Part shown: piece after piece, positions 47,030 through 59,053 of the stretch
How the letters are laid out: every line of letters starts with the position of its first letter
Numbering within the stretch: position 1 is the first letter of the stretch
From: an uncultured Methanosarcinaceae archaeon
GTDB lineage: Archaea; Halobacteriota; Methanosarcinia; Methanosarcinales; Methanosarcinaceae
NCBI GenBank assembly: GCA_963733675.1
Contig: CAVTET010000001.1
Span: 224,001-288,000 of the forward strand
DNA length: 64,000 nt
Reading direction: 5' to 3'
Made by a program: the position numbers and the translations under genes
The notes under the pieces: model-generated
The model's input: only the letters and a program-made list of their open reading frames with translations
The model's database searches: none
Told to the model about the DNA's origin: nothing

Positions 47030-47119
47030 GAGGATTTCGCTAGCTCCCTAGATTTCGTCGTATGCGGATAAATCTACATATTATAGATTTGTGAAAATTA
47101 GATTTTTGTCGAAATCCTC
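47030..47119. mobile_element. 90-bp MITE (family B)
   Basis: TIRs GAGGATTTCG and CGAAATCCTC with a 4-bp GATA duplication. Confidence 0.8.
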
Positions 47120-47146
47120 GATAATTAGTATAGATTAAGTTAACTT

Positions 47147-47197
47147 ATTAAATGAACTATCTATAGATTAAATGAACTACCTGTAGATTAAATGAAC
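47147..47197 (+). repeat. 20-bp tandem repeat, about 2.5 copies
   Basis: ATTAAATGAACTATCTATAG / ATTAAATGAACTACCTGTAG / ATTAAATGAAC. Confidence 0.8.
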
Positions 47198-48077
47198 CTA
47201 CAACAAACCTAAAAAGACAAGTACTAAAAATTGTGGTGGCGCAACCAGCTGAAAGCGACTTGTATGTTTGCGCCAACGCCCTGATATAAAGGAATTATTC
47301 CAAATCAAGTATTTTTCATACAGACATAGGAAACATACAAACATACATAACAGTGTGGATTGAAAACGCTAGTAAACTTATAGGTTTCGAATCGGATCAC
47401 GACATTAAGGGTGCATTAATGATGGATGTAGAACATCAAAAAATGTATCTGATGACATCAGGGATATACAAGACATGCAAATGAGACAAGCCGAATGTGA
47501 TATAAAGAATAAGTGAACTCGGCAACTTATAGTCATCTTTTTAAATAATGCGAAATTTTACGCATAAATTTTTGCTTGTCCCAAAATTCATTTATTTCTT
47601 CATTTAATATTTTAATAATTTTAAATAATTTTATTGATGTTAACATTTCTTCTATCGTTTTTTCCAACAATATTTAATTTGGCTCCTATTTTTGGCTCCT
47701 ATTTAGAGTAACTGGAAGAAAATATAATCCTTGCAACTAATGAATGCTGTATTAATAAAATTTCTCTGTCAGTTTTGATTTATACCATACAGCTCTGTCA
47801 AGTCGAGGAAATATCTTTGCTCCTATCTCTCTCTTAAAATCAAGTAATGCTTTCGGGAGAGTCTATAAATTGAATTTATAGACACATAATCAAAAAGTCA
47901 GAAATTTTGGCACAAAAACTATACATAGAAAAGTTTCACTTCAGCATAGTGACCATATCCCTTATCCAAGCGTTTTGGCTATTGACTGCATTGGATCTAT
48001 GACGTTTTTAATTTTATAGAAAACTATGTACATTACCGCATCAGGCAGAGTTCTCAAAAAAATTATCTGTCAGCAAA

Positions 48078-48788
48078 TTAATAAAGTCTAATTGGCTCAA
48101 TTCCCATTTTTTCCATCAAGCAGGCAGAGATATCTATTACTTGTGAAACGGAATCAATCACAATTCCATCAGAAGTTGCCACAACTAGGTCATTTTTCTG
48201 ACCTTCTTCATATGCTTTAAGTTCAAAATCAGTGGTTTTTGAGATTCGAGCCTCACCTGGAATTCCATGTTCTTCCATTTTGTAGCGAATGAAACCTGCA
48301 AGTTCCCCGCTCCGGCTGATCTGAGCATCCAGTAAAAAAATGACTGACTTAGGATGGGCTTCGCAAAGAAATTTAATGACTAAATCCAGGGATTCCTCTA
48401 GATCTTCTACTTGCTTTGCTTTACTGAAGTAACAGCGAGTATCTCTTACATAACCGTCATCATATAACCATATGGGTTTTTTCCTAAGAAGACTATCCAC
48501 GCTAAGAAGAACATTATACCCATCGAGTAGAATATCTTTATACCTTGTGTCTATAAAGGCCACTTTTTTACTAATTCTGGAAGCTATCCTGTCAGGAGGT
48601 ACAATTATCCTTGTAAGAATGTGCCGTTCTTCTACTTTAAGCTGAAAATGGTCAGCTACGAAACAGATGGTTGCAAACTTTGGGTAACCCCATAAAAGTA
48701 TTCTTCTAATATCTCTAGCAGGCTTGAGTAACTTTTCTCTCATATAAGAACCATATAAATAAAAGGGACCTTCATACGTACCTTTCAT
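48078..48788 (-). CDS. DUF434-domain (PIN-like) protein
   Basis: LLWGYPK, FVADHFQL, LDGYNVL, DDGYVRD, SRSGELA and ATSD. Confidence 0.75.
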   Translation of the reverse strand: MKGTYEGPFYLYGSYMREKLLKPARDIRRILLWGYPKFATICFVADHFQLKVEERHILTRIIVPPDRIASRISKKVAFIDTRYKDILLDGYNVLLSVDSLLRKKPIWLYDDGYVRDTRCYFSKAKQVEDLEESLDLVIKFLCEAHPKSVIFLLDAQISRSGELAGFIRYKMEEHGIPGEARISKTTDFELKAYEEGQKNDLVVATSDGIVIDSVSQVIDISACLMEKMGIEPIRLY

Positions 48789-48938
48789 GCATACTTATCT
48801 CCTTTTAGGAAGGGAGTGCTTTAAATGAGTGAACAGATATCTCATATATACATATTTGCGCAAATAAAAATGGTAACATCTGACATCCAGCATTCAATTG
48901 TCTGTGAAATCTTTTGCTCCGGTTCTGCTCAGTTTAAA

Positions 48939-49031
48939 GAGGATTTATACGTACCCATTCATTTTCTCACATTATGTTCATAAATGGTACATTAAATGAC
49001 TCGTGAAAATAAGAGGTTTATCGAAATCCTC
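48939..49031. mobile_element. MITE (family B) upstream of alanine dehydrogenase
   Basis: GAGGATTTA ... TCGAAATCCTC ends; flanks TAAA and TACA. Confidence 0.6.
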
Positions 49032-49083
49032 TACAGTTGCTTTTCAGCTGAGCCAGTTAAGGGCTCAGGCTGGGGGTTATGTT

Positions 49084-50064
49084 ATGGAAGTATTATGGCT
49101 GTCTCAGGAAGAAGTAAAAAGTGTTATAGATATGCGTTCAGTTATGCAAGTTGTGGAAAAAGCTTTCAGGCAGCACGGGCTTGGTAAGGTACAGATGCCT
49201 CCGAAATCCTATATCTACTATACTGCTTATAACGGGGATCTGAGGACAATGCCTGCATATCTTGAAGAAGAGAATATCACTGGCGTTAAAATTGTAAATG
49301 TCCACCCCGAAAATCCAACTTTTGGGCTTCCCACCGTAATGGCGCTAATAGTCCTGATTTCCGCGGAAACAGGTGCTCCTATGGCAGTTATGGACGGAAC
49401 CTGGCTGACAGATATCAGGACCGGAGCTGCAGGGGGAATTGCGGCAAAATATCTATCAAGAAGGGATTCAAAAATTATAGGGATGATCGGGACCGGAAAC
49501 CAAGCAAAGACCCAGCTTGAAGCTCTTTGTGAGGTATTTGATCCCGAACTGGTGAAAGTCACCTCTAGAACGAAAAAAAGCTGTGAACAGTTTATCCGGC
49601 ACTTTAGAGGCATTAAGCCTTCAGATATCCGCTACGAAGAAAAAATAGAAAATGTATGCGATTGTGATATTCTGGTAACAACAACTCCAACCCGCAAACC
49701 GATCGTGAAAGCTCGATGGATTCAAGAAGGCACTCATATAAATGCAATCGGAGCTGATGCAGTGGGAAAAGAAGAACTTGACCCCGAACTTATTATCCAC
49801 TCCAAGATAATTGTAGATGATATGGTTCAGGCGCTTCATTCGGGCGAAGTAAATGTTCCTCTTTCGAAGCACTACATTTCTGAAAATGATATTCATGCTC
49901 AGCTCGGCGAAGTGATCGTAGGTCTTAAACCTGGTCGGATCACTGAAGAGGAGATTACAATCTTCGATTCAACAGGCCTTGCCATTCAGGACGTTGCAAG
50001 CGCACATCTGGTTTATGAAAGGGCTGTCAGTAAAGGGATTGGAAGGCAAGTGCACATGTTTTAA
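49084..50064 (+). CDS. ala: Alanine dehydrogenase (ornithine cyclodeaminase/mu-crystallin family)
   Basis: GDLRTMPAY, GVKIVNVHP, RTGAAG, HINAIGAD and FDSTGLAIQD. Confidence 0.88.
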   Translation: MEVLWLSQEEVKSVIDMRSVMQVVEKAFRQHGLGKVQMPPKSYIYYTAYNGDLRTMPAYLEEENITGVKIVNVHPENPTFGLPTVMALIVLISAETGAPMAVMDGTWLTDIRTGAAGGIAAKYLSRRDSKIIGMIGTGNQAKTQLEALCEVFDPELVKVTSRTKKSCEQFIRHFRGIKPSDIRYEEKIENVCDCDILVTTTPTRKPIVKARWIQEGTHINAIGADAVGKEELDPELIIHSKIIVDDMVQALHSGEVNVPLSKHYISENDIHAQLGEVIVGLKPGRITEEEITIFDSTGLAIQDVASAHLVYERAVSKGIGRQVHMF

Positions 50065-50339
50065 ATATATATTATCTCTAAACTTCAGCCTCTTTGTTCC
50101 TTTTTAATTTTTCCCAACCGATGGCTATATAGAATCCTCGAAGCATATAAATTGACGAGTAAATAATCTTCAAAGTAAAATTTGGCACTTAATAACTTTC
50201 GAAAAATGAATTTATTTTCATGTGCATAAATCTCTCCACTAATTATAAAATGATTATTTCACTAAATTCCACACACTCATAAACAACTCCTTCATATCCC
50301 ATTATATGTGATGAAAAAATGTCCACATTCCCTTCATAT

Positions 50340-50520
50340 TTGAGAAATACCACTCAGCTGAAGACGGAGTGACTTCTTAGTTCATTCCTTTCTCTTTTGA
50401 GAACAAGTCCCCAATTACATCCCCCAATTCCATGGTGTCAGATTCCAATTAGATTTTGATCAATGAGAGAGAATTTTTTGATGTTAATTGCAGCATTAAT
50501 GTCTCTATCATATTAGCCTA
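50340..50520 (-). mobile_element. IS605 tnpB 3' relic
   Basis: DRDINAAINI motif on the minus strand. Confidence 0.55.
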
Positions 50521-50689
50521 ACTAACTATCAAATGTTGTTGAACTATACTCATACTTGGTCTCATCAGCAATCAAATTCCAACCACTTGGATTTGTCGTT
50601 ATTTTTTGATCACCATTATTAAATAGATATAGAGTTACAACTAACCATTCATAACTCATTGGAGCTGCTTTTGGGCAATTTATTGGTAC

Positions 50690-51193
50690 TCGTCAACCAA
50701 ATTTACACTCACCCCAACACCTGCTCCAATGTCAAAGCAAAACAGATCCAAACAACGTTGACAAATAATATTTGCTTAGAACTATCAAGAATGTTTCTAT
50801 AGTCCTGTTGGGTCATAGTTTCCATCTTCAGTGTAAAACTTCAAAGTAAACCACGTGAATCACGAGCAACGTCAGCAGGACCCAGTTCCACACTTACTGT
50901 GGAAAAACGAGCAAAAACCTCAATACACTTGCCGACTTCAGAACGTAACTTTGCTTTGTTGTATATGGTCACGTCCACAGTTACCCTACAGTACCCCCCG
51001 TTTCCTGCACCTTAGGCATGTACTAAACGCTCAGGAATACATTCACGATCGAAGTAGCTAAATTTATTATCGAGCAAATGAATATCCGCATAAGGACAGG
51101 ACCACGTTCCCCAGTTGCAAGGCCACTCTGATCATCACCCACAGGGATTCCAAAACTAGTAGTTAACACCTTGGAAGATTTTGTTTCACTCAT
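50690..51193 (-). pseudogene. Monofunctional heme catalase, truncated pseudogene
   Basis: LTTSFGIPVGDDQ, GERGPVL, FDRECIPER, VHA*GAG and RGLL*SFT/KFYTEDGNYD fragments with frameshifts. Confidence 0.88.
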
Positions 51194-51752
51194 TTTGTAC
51201 TTCACTCCTCTACTCCATTGGGGAATATTTGATATATCAATCAAGTGATAAGCGTATTTGACTCTTTATTAGAGCCCAAAAAATAATGATTATCCGAACC
51301 AAATCATCAGTATGATATGGATATTTCGTATCACTGAGAATACATACGTGCATCTAATCATCAAGTTGTAGGAATGTATATAAATTAGAGATCCTACTTT
51401 CTTTAGCTGGATATTTTTTCCAAAAAGTAAGCTGCACAACTCCAAGTGCTATTATCAACCTCATTTCACTTTCTGAGCGGTGTGTTTTTTGGTTCTCTGT
51501 ATTCACATAAGATTATAAAACGAATGCAATTGATGAAAGGACATTCTAAGATGGAAATATCAGCCAGCTAATAGGGTATAACCTATTAGGTTAAAATTCC
51601 ATAACATTGCCATATTTTTGAACTCGATTTTTATAGCATAATTTTGATAAAAACGTAGCTACCAATCAAGTTGCTGCTGAAATGTTTCAATACTTTTTTA
51701 GTGACTCTTGCTTGCGAATAATTATATACAATTAATCATTTATTAGGAATGT

Positions 51753-52150
51753 ATGAAAGGATTTTCTACTGATATCGAAGAAACACTTTGGAAAATAGCA
51801 ATTTTCGAAAGGTGCTCTATACTTCAAAGCACAACCAATTGGTACTTATGAGTCTCAAGGCTGGTGAAGAAATCGGGATTGAAGTGCATGAGGAAAACTA
51901 CCAATTTTTCCATTTTGAGAAAGGGAAGGGGAAGTGTATTATTGACGGCAACGAATATGACGTCGGTGACGGTGTTGTGGTAGTAGTACTTTCCGGTGCA
52001 CAGCATAATATTATCAACACTTCGAAAACGGATTATCTGAAACTCTATACAATTTCTTCCCCACCGCATCACAAAAATGGAATCATTCGCGCTACGAAGG
52101 AAGAAGCCGAAGCCAATGAAGCAGAATTCGACGGAGTGGCTACGGAATAA
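51753..52150 (+). pseudogene. Cupin-domain protein with a 1-nt frameshift near the N-terminus (or TTG start at 51788)
   Basis: MKGFSTDIEE at 51753 is out of frame with LENSNFRKVLYT..QLVLMSL..GEEIGIEVH. Confidence 0.7.
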
Positions 52151-52649
52151 TGTCATAAAAAGCAGGAACAATAATTAAGATCCTGTTCAAAAATTCAAAA
52201 CAAAACATTTTTCATCACAATTTTTTGCATGAATGATTACGTTTTCACCAGAGTGATTGGGGAATTCTTAATCGCCTTTGATATAATCTGACAAAGGACA
52301 GCATTGTAAACCCTACTGATATCACTCTCATTGGAATTTACTAAGCTGACTTATCTACAACACTTTTTTTTGTGGACTTATGCACGCTCAACATCCAGAG
52401 ATTCTCTCTGGGATGATATGTTAAGCATACTGGCAGGGATCATTATCTGGTAATCAGACACGTTTTATAAATAGGTTGGCTTAACCTCAATTTGAGTCCA
52501 TGTCCCCACATTTTTTGCGTTTATTTTTGGTGTGTGACTTGTTTTATATCCCCAAACTTCATTGATTTCTCTTTTGACTCCATGGCTTTTTGGAGAATCG
52601 CCTTGTGATAGCATCCACTGTTTTGGATAAAGATCTTGTGTGTATTTGA

Positions 52650-54267
52650 TTGTCATAAGAGGTGTGCGAGGAATTGTGAACTCTCTAATTCTCCATACTC
52701 TATTTTTCTCAGTTGCTCGAGTGTAATACGGTATAATAGAGCATCTTCATGTGTTGTACATGATGAATCCTTTAGTTTTAAAAGTGATGAGCTTTGAACT
52801 GTGAGATTATCTGTGTAATTGTTTGCAGTAGCTAGATGCAGATTACCGGTAAATCCTTCGTTACTATACATTGTAAGTAATGCATATTTTGTCGATTTAC
52901 CTGGATAAGTCATCACATTAATATGCCAGGGATAATAGGGACTTGATTGACTCACATATTGTTTATTATCAAAATGTATACCATCAGTGGATGTATATCT
53001 ATAGATTACATGCGGGGCAGGATCGATATCAACAATCCACATGTAATACGTTTTTGTGGCTTTAGCATAGAGAACAGCAGGTGATAACCCATGAGCTGTG
53101 ACATTTATTTATGGTGAAACAGTAATACCATCATTTGACTTTCGGGTCTTCTACGGTTTCATTACCCCTTACATCTCCTATTACATAGTAGAGCATAAAT
53201 TTTCCGGTATCAGGATTGTATATGAGATGAGAATCAGAGCCATAAGGATCAGAACCACGTGAATCAGAACCGTATGGATCAGAACCATACGGATCAAGAC
53301 CATAAGCATTTGATTCATACTCAGATTCTATTGGTGTTCCAATAGGATTTTTCACTCCTGGCGGTACATGCCAAATTAGGCCATCATCAGAATAGTACAA
53401 ACATGCATTTTCAAGCTCACCTCTCGAGTATGCATATGGTGTAATAAACATCCACCATTTGTGACCAAATATGCCAGTCTTATTGAAATAGATAGATGGG
53501 TGATTGAACTGGTTATACCAATATGGATCAGGTATAGATAAGGGTAGACGATTTTGAGTTACATTTAGCATGTACATATTTGCATTACCAGAAGAATCAT
53601 GACTGTATGCCACTGTATGTGAAATATTCTCTTGGACGTAATCATTTAGTCTGATCCCAGGGATTGGCACATTAATATCCGAACTGTTTGAGTTTACCCA
53701 AATCATTGCTTTGTCTATTCCTTGACTTTGGAATGAGCCACCGTCACTAGTGAATCTTGTATGCCATCAATCTGCTCCTCTGATCCCACCTACGAGTGTA
53801 CCGAGACCAAAAGAAGCATTAGAGAATGTGCCTAAGTTATGGGTACCCCCTGTTAGTGTTTCATTGACCGCCAATTCAATGCCGTTCGTGAACGATTTAT
53901 TCAGCACAACATTCGCAGAAGATGTGTTACCAGAGCCTGACAACACCAGATGTCCATGCTGTATGTCAACTGTTGAATTATTGTTTCCTTCTTTGTAAGC
54001 TGTCCACTTTGATGTATTTAAGCTGCCTGAGCTAAAGTTATCGTATGCCCACATGACTGCATCCCCATTTGGGGGATAGCCAGGCGTATTGTACACATTG
54101 AAATGTTGTGTGCTGCCATTCATGTCGACTTTGAGCCACAAATTATGTTGTGGATCAATGTAATAAGGCTGTGCCGCAGATTTCAAGGTCAGAGATGTCG
54201 CAAGTGCAGTCTCCAACAATAAAATCATACTGATTAATAAAAAGAATATTTTATACTTCATTTCCAT
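52650..54267 (-). pseudogene. Fragmented secreted/surface protein with a glycoside-hydrolase-like propeller region
   Basis: Signal peptide at 54267; consecutive fragments 53767-54267, 53131-53706 and 52653-53042; HPSIYF..WWMFITPY..ENACLYYSDDG motif and DPYGS repeats. Confidence 0.65.
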
Positions 54268-55402
54268 AATAGACCGTCTTTTAAATATTATTTTGATATT
54301 TTTACTGAATACTAAGCTAAGTGCCAAAATAAATGGTTTTTTGATTCCACCTATATTGGGAAACAAGTTGGAAAATAATGATATTATACACATATATATT
54401 TAATCATGTTTAAATAAAGCCATAGATGTTAAAAAAATCTATGTCTCTTCATAAAATAAATATAATAGGACTTACGCCGTTGAAAAGAACAGAATCAGCA
54501 GGATTAAATCATTAATAATCTAAGACCTTCATTTAGTTGGTTAAAAAATCTGTTAATATCGAAATGAATATTGCAATAATCTATTAATCTCAATTTACAT
54601 TTTTAGGTTTACAGAAAAAAACAGCAAAAGCTACAGATCTTTGGTGGAAATGACCTGAAGCTGTATCTAGATACTTAATTTGATAGGGCTCTTTTAGGTA
54701 TATTTTTACTCAGGTACGAAAAGACGACAAAAGAAGTGAGAATGAAATAAAGAAGCTGTCTTGGAAAAAAACTGGTAGTTTAAAAAATAAAGATTTATGG
54801 GGAGGATACACTCCATATACAGATCTATTACTCATGGAGCTTATGGGACTTCTATAGCATATGGAGTTTATAATCGGCAAATAAGAAAAAATAAATATAT
54901 AGTGCTCTAAACAAAACTAAAAATCTGAATAAACCGAATCAAAAATTCAATTTTTCAATACCGGAACAATATTTGGATAAAGAGCCTGGAAAAACGTTTT
55001 TTATATTCTTTTTATGCTTCATCTCCAAGTTTAAGACCAATAAAAAATTTTGATACTTTATAAATTCATTTTTCTCATTTGATAAAATCATGATAATATA
55101 ATATTGACACACACATAGATTTCGCTATAAAACCTGTGCATCTGTAGGAAAGGTAAGTCATATTTTTAGTGATTAAGACAAAGAATGAAGAGTCGGTTAG
55201 ATTTCACAGAACTTTAGCTACACTATCAAAAATACCTACCAAAACGAAATGTAAAATCTGAAAAATAACAATATTTTGCGTAATGGTTGTCACTTTGAAG
55301 TATGGTATTTGTTGATAAATTTTGAATATTATCTACATAAAATTATAAAATATATTTAATATTAATTTTATGTTATTCTTTAAACTGTTTCATGCAGACT
55401 AA

Positions 55403-56274
55403 GAGCTTATCCAAAAAATGATATACTTCCAATTTAAGATCATGTGTGGTAATGACAAAACGGAAAATTGTTCAGGACTACTAACTTTCTGAAGATTATT
55501 GGAAAAAAATAAAGCCTTTACTACCTGTACCTAAGCCAAAAAAGAAGTCTGGAAGACCTAGAAAGGGTGATAGGAAAATAATGAGTGGCATCCTCTATCT
55601 CCTTGTTACTGGTTACCAATGGAAAGCATTGCCACGATTTTATGGAGCTTCAAGCACTGTACATGATAGATTTCAGGAATGGCAACTATCAGGCTTATTT
55701 GAGAGCATGTGGCTGGCTGGTCTTGTTGAGTATGATTTCGAAAAAGGATTAGAATGGGAATGACAATCAATTTACGGTGCTATGACAAAAACACCATTAG
55801 GTGGAGCTGGAACAGGAACCAATCCTACTGATCGTGGCAAAAAAGGTACAAAAAGGATTGTTTTAACTGATGGTAAAGGCATACCACTTTCTGTTGTCGT
55901 TGATGGAGCCAATCGTCACGATAAAAAACTTGTAAAAAGGACTTTAGACGCCATATTCTTTGAAAGACCTTCTCCAGAAAACATAATTCAGAATATATGC
56001 ATAGATAAGGGTTATGATTTCACCGATATCAGAAAATTGGTTGAAGAATATGGTTATACTGAGCATATCAAAAGTTGTGGAGAAGAAAACATAAGAAGAG
56101 ACATATCTGGTTTTAGGGCAAGAAGATGGGTTGTAGAAAGGACACATTCTTGGCTGAATAGATTCAGAAGACTCCTTATAAGATGCGAAAAGAAAATTGA
56201 AAATTACCTTGCTATGCTACATTTAGCGTGCGCATTGATAACATTAAGATCAGCAGGATTTTTCGGATAGCCTC
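55403..56274 (+). mobile_element. IS5-family (IS1031-like) element with a nonsense-interrupted transposase
   Basis: IRs GAGCTTATCCAAAAA and TTTTTCGGATAGCCTC, TAA target duplication, GYQWKALP, DKGYD and RWVVERTHSWL; internal TAA and TGA. Confidence 0.9.
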
Positions 56275-56427
56275 TAAGTACATAGATCACTTCTTTCTCT
56301 TATTTTTTTGACCAAAGCGAAAAGTTTTAATCTTATTGATTAGTCATTTATAAATATCTCATATGGAATCTACAATTTTATATGGGTTGAGTGTAATAAT
56401 AGGAAGAGAATCCTAGAGGTATTATTT

Positions 56428-56658
56428 ATGAAAAAAATGATAAAGATCATAGGAATGCTTATTGTTATAGCTGTTGTTGTCTTTTCAGCCGGCTGTGCCA
56501 CCAAAAAGACAGAGACTACAAATACAACAAACGCTACAAGCACTGTAACAAATGTATCAACTGAAAGTGGACATAACGCCCCAGTCACAACTGAAGTTCC
56601 AACTGGAAACACAACTACTGAAAGCAAGGTCACTACTAACGTAACTACTACTAAATAA
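56428..56658 (+). CDS. Small Thr-rich lipoprotein
   Basis: GAGGT RBS, lipobox FSAG-C and several N-x-T/S sequons. Confidence 0.75.
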   Translation: MKKMIKIIGMLIVIAVVVFSAGCATKKTETTNTTNATSTVTNVSTESGHNAPVTTEVPTGNTTTESKVTTNVTTTK

Positions 56659-57098
56659 GGTCTACTCTAATCGTAATTGATTCAGAAGTTGATTATAACT
56701 TAACTGCTTACAAAACATCTGAAGATGTAAGCGTAACTCAATAACTGAAAAAGTTGCATATGAAGATGAAGAAACCGAAGCTCAAATAAGCAATAAAATA
56801 AAGGAACCATCTCAGCAGCGTGTATATTTTTTATAAAATCTGCTCTATACACCTTAATCCGACATTCTGTAGATGTATACAAATGTATATTTTTTTACCT
56901 ATTTGCCCACTACTATGCATTGAAAGTTAGATTAATTTTCAAGCTACTGGCATACTAAAAAAGTAGATGGCATTCTTGTGTACATCCATAGAATGTTGTA
57001 TGATATTTTTTGCACAATAAATAGTTCAAGTGTCAAAGGAGATGAATAATTCTTCATTTTCGGTGCATTAAAATTTAGGTTGTATCCTTTAGTCATGA

Positions 57099-57650
57099 TC
57101 AAATGTGGCTGCTCCCCTCACTAAAGTGAGGGGCTCGATCGGTTTTACGAATAGATTGTAATCCCAATCTGAGAATGTTAATAGCGGCATTATGATCTCT
57201 ATCCAGAACAAGATCATCGAAAGAATAACGATGTGTTCTTTCAGATAATTCTTTTTTAACAATTTGACCGCAACCTGAGCATATTTGAGATGTATTTCTT
57301 GGATTCACTAGTTCTACACGTTTAACAGCTCATTTTGCCTTGTAAGTTGTGATGGCCATTAACTTGCTCCATGATATGCATCAGCTATATTCTTCGCAAG
57401 ACAATGACTTTTGATAATTCCTTTAACATTAAGATCTTCAAAGGTAATCGAATAATAAGTTCTCACTAGATTAAAACTTGCTTTTTGAACAAAATATTCA
57501 CACTTGTTAAATATTCTTTCGTGGATGTGTTCGACTATCTTTAGTACCTTTGCTCTTATTATAGTTCTTTTTGGAGCCGTTGTCAACTTCATTTGAGCTT
57601 TTGAAAGTACTTTTTCATCGATAACAAAAAATCTAAAATTCGGTATTTTT
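57099..57650 (-). mobile_element. IS605 tnpB remnant with right-end hairpin
   Basis: FEDLNVKG, NPRNTSQICSGCG and DRDHNAAINIL; hairpin CCCTCACT-AA-AGTGAGGG at about 57115. Confidence 0.85.
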
Positions 57651-57800
57651 GGTTCCGTTGCAAAAAATCTGGCTTTGTTACAAAATCAGTGCAAAATTTC
57701 ACAATAAGGAAAGTTTATACTTTTCCTCATGATAAAAATAATACACAAAGGTCAGAATTATAGTCCCAAACTGCGGAAATATAATTTTTGCAACGGAACC
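57651..57800 (+). mobile_element. 150-bp IS6-type MITE
   Basis: Same 16-bp TIRs as the IS6 copies; no transposase. Confidence 0.92.
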
Positions 57801-57920
57801 ATTTCAATTGCTTTCTCATATTCTTTTATTGTACCTTCATACTGGTTTAATTTACCAAGAGCAACTCCTTTATTGTATCAAGCATCTAAGTTCTGGGTTA
57901 ATTTCAACTACTTTGCCAAA
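57801..57920 (-). pseudogene. TPR gene fragment cut by the MITE
   Basis: YNKGVALGKLNQYEGTIKEYEKAIE, similar to the 15650-16777 repeats. Confidence 0.7.
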
Positions 57921-58059
57921 TGGTTTTTGACGAAAAATTAGGTTTTATACCAAATGGAAATTTAACTACCAAACTAAAGTATTAAATGCCTTCATAAAAA
58001 TTTGAAGATTCAGGAGACGTATCAGATTCTCCTCCCTGTAAAACATCTCCGGAAATCAA

Positions 58060-58563
58060 TTAAAAAGAGATTCTGAGCACAGACATGGAAACTTTTTCAA
58101 AAATTGCTTCGATATCACACTCGAACTTTCTTGCCATCAAAAGTGCCACGATCCGGATATCCACAAGGTAAGAAAGCCTCTCCTGCATGGAGTTGATTTC
58201 AGATACAAGTTTTTGTCGATTTACCCCTGTATTTCCAGCAATGAACTCTAAGACTTGCTCAAAGGAGATATCTTCCTTGAGAGAGAGTTTCCCGTCAGAG
58301 TTTCCCTGGCTTTCAAGAAAGTTTTCCGACGGCTTAAAGGTATTAGGGAGCCTAATATCTTCAACATCAAAGGCAGGTGTAAGGACACCTTTATTAAGGG
58401 AGAGCAGGCCTACTTCAAGAGCACAGCATTTTACTTTTGAAGCAATTTTTGGAGAAAACCATTTCAGGTCAAAAGCCAGTGTAAACTCGAAATCCTTTTC
58501 TGAAAGAAAAATTGCATTGTTTTTTTTAAAAGGAATTGAAACTACAAGTCTAAGTTCTTCCAT
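58060..58563 (-). CDS. DUF2240-family protein
   Basis: LRLVVSIPFK, DFEFTLAFDLKWFSP, TPAFD and RIVALLMARKF. Confidence 0.7.
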   Translation of the reverse strand: MEELRLVVSIPFKKNNAIFLSEKDFEFTLAFDLKWFSPKIASKVKCCALEVGLLSLNKGVLTPAFDVEDIRLPNTFKPSENFLESQGNSDGKLSLKEDISFEQVLEFIAGNTGVNRQKLVSEINSMQERLSYLVDIRIVALLMARKFECDIEAIFEKVSMSVLRISF

Positions 58564-58784
58564 TCATTGCACCATTAAATAAACTGATACTTTGAAGTAG
58601 ATCAAAGTATAACAAAACTTCGGTATAATAGATTCATGATACAATGTATCCCAGTATATGTAATCAATTATACAGTGGATTTCGATATAATAGGTTTCTT
58701 GGGTGCAATTCAGAGAAATGTTAAAAGCTCAGGTACAAAATTCTCATTTTGAGCTTATGTCGAGGCAAGATATATCTTAAAATT

Positions 58785-58934
58785 GGTTCCGTTGCAAAAA
58801 TTATATTTCCGCAGTTTGGGACTATAATTCTGACCTTTGTGTATTATTTTTATCATGAGGAAAAGTATAAACTTTCCTTATTGTGAAATTTTGCACTGAT
58901 TTTGTAACAAAGCCAGATTTTTTGCAACGGAACC
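58785..58934 (-). mobile_element. 150-bp IS6-type MITE, inverted identical copy
   Basis: Reverse complement of 57651-57800. Confidence 0.92.
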
Positions 58935-59053
58935 TCGAAATTTATTTAGCCACAATAGATTAAAATGTCATTTTGTAAAGATTTTAAATTATTTTAGATA
59001 TTAATTTCTGCTATTACAATTTTAGAGGCCTGCTTTTCTTGTCAAGGAAAAGT

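Noticed and set aside
57729-57941. 70-aa ORF
   Set aside because: Chimeric read across a MITE and the antisense of a TPR fragment.
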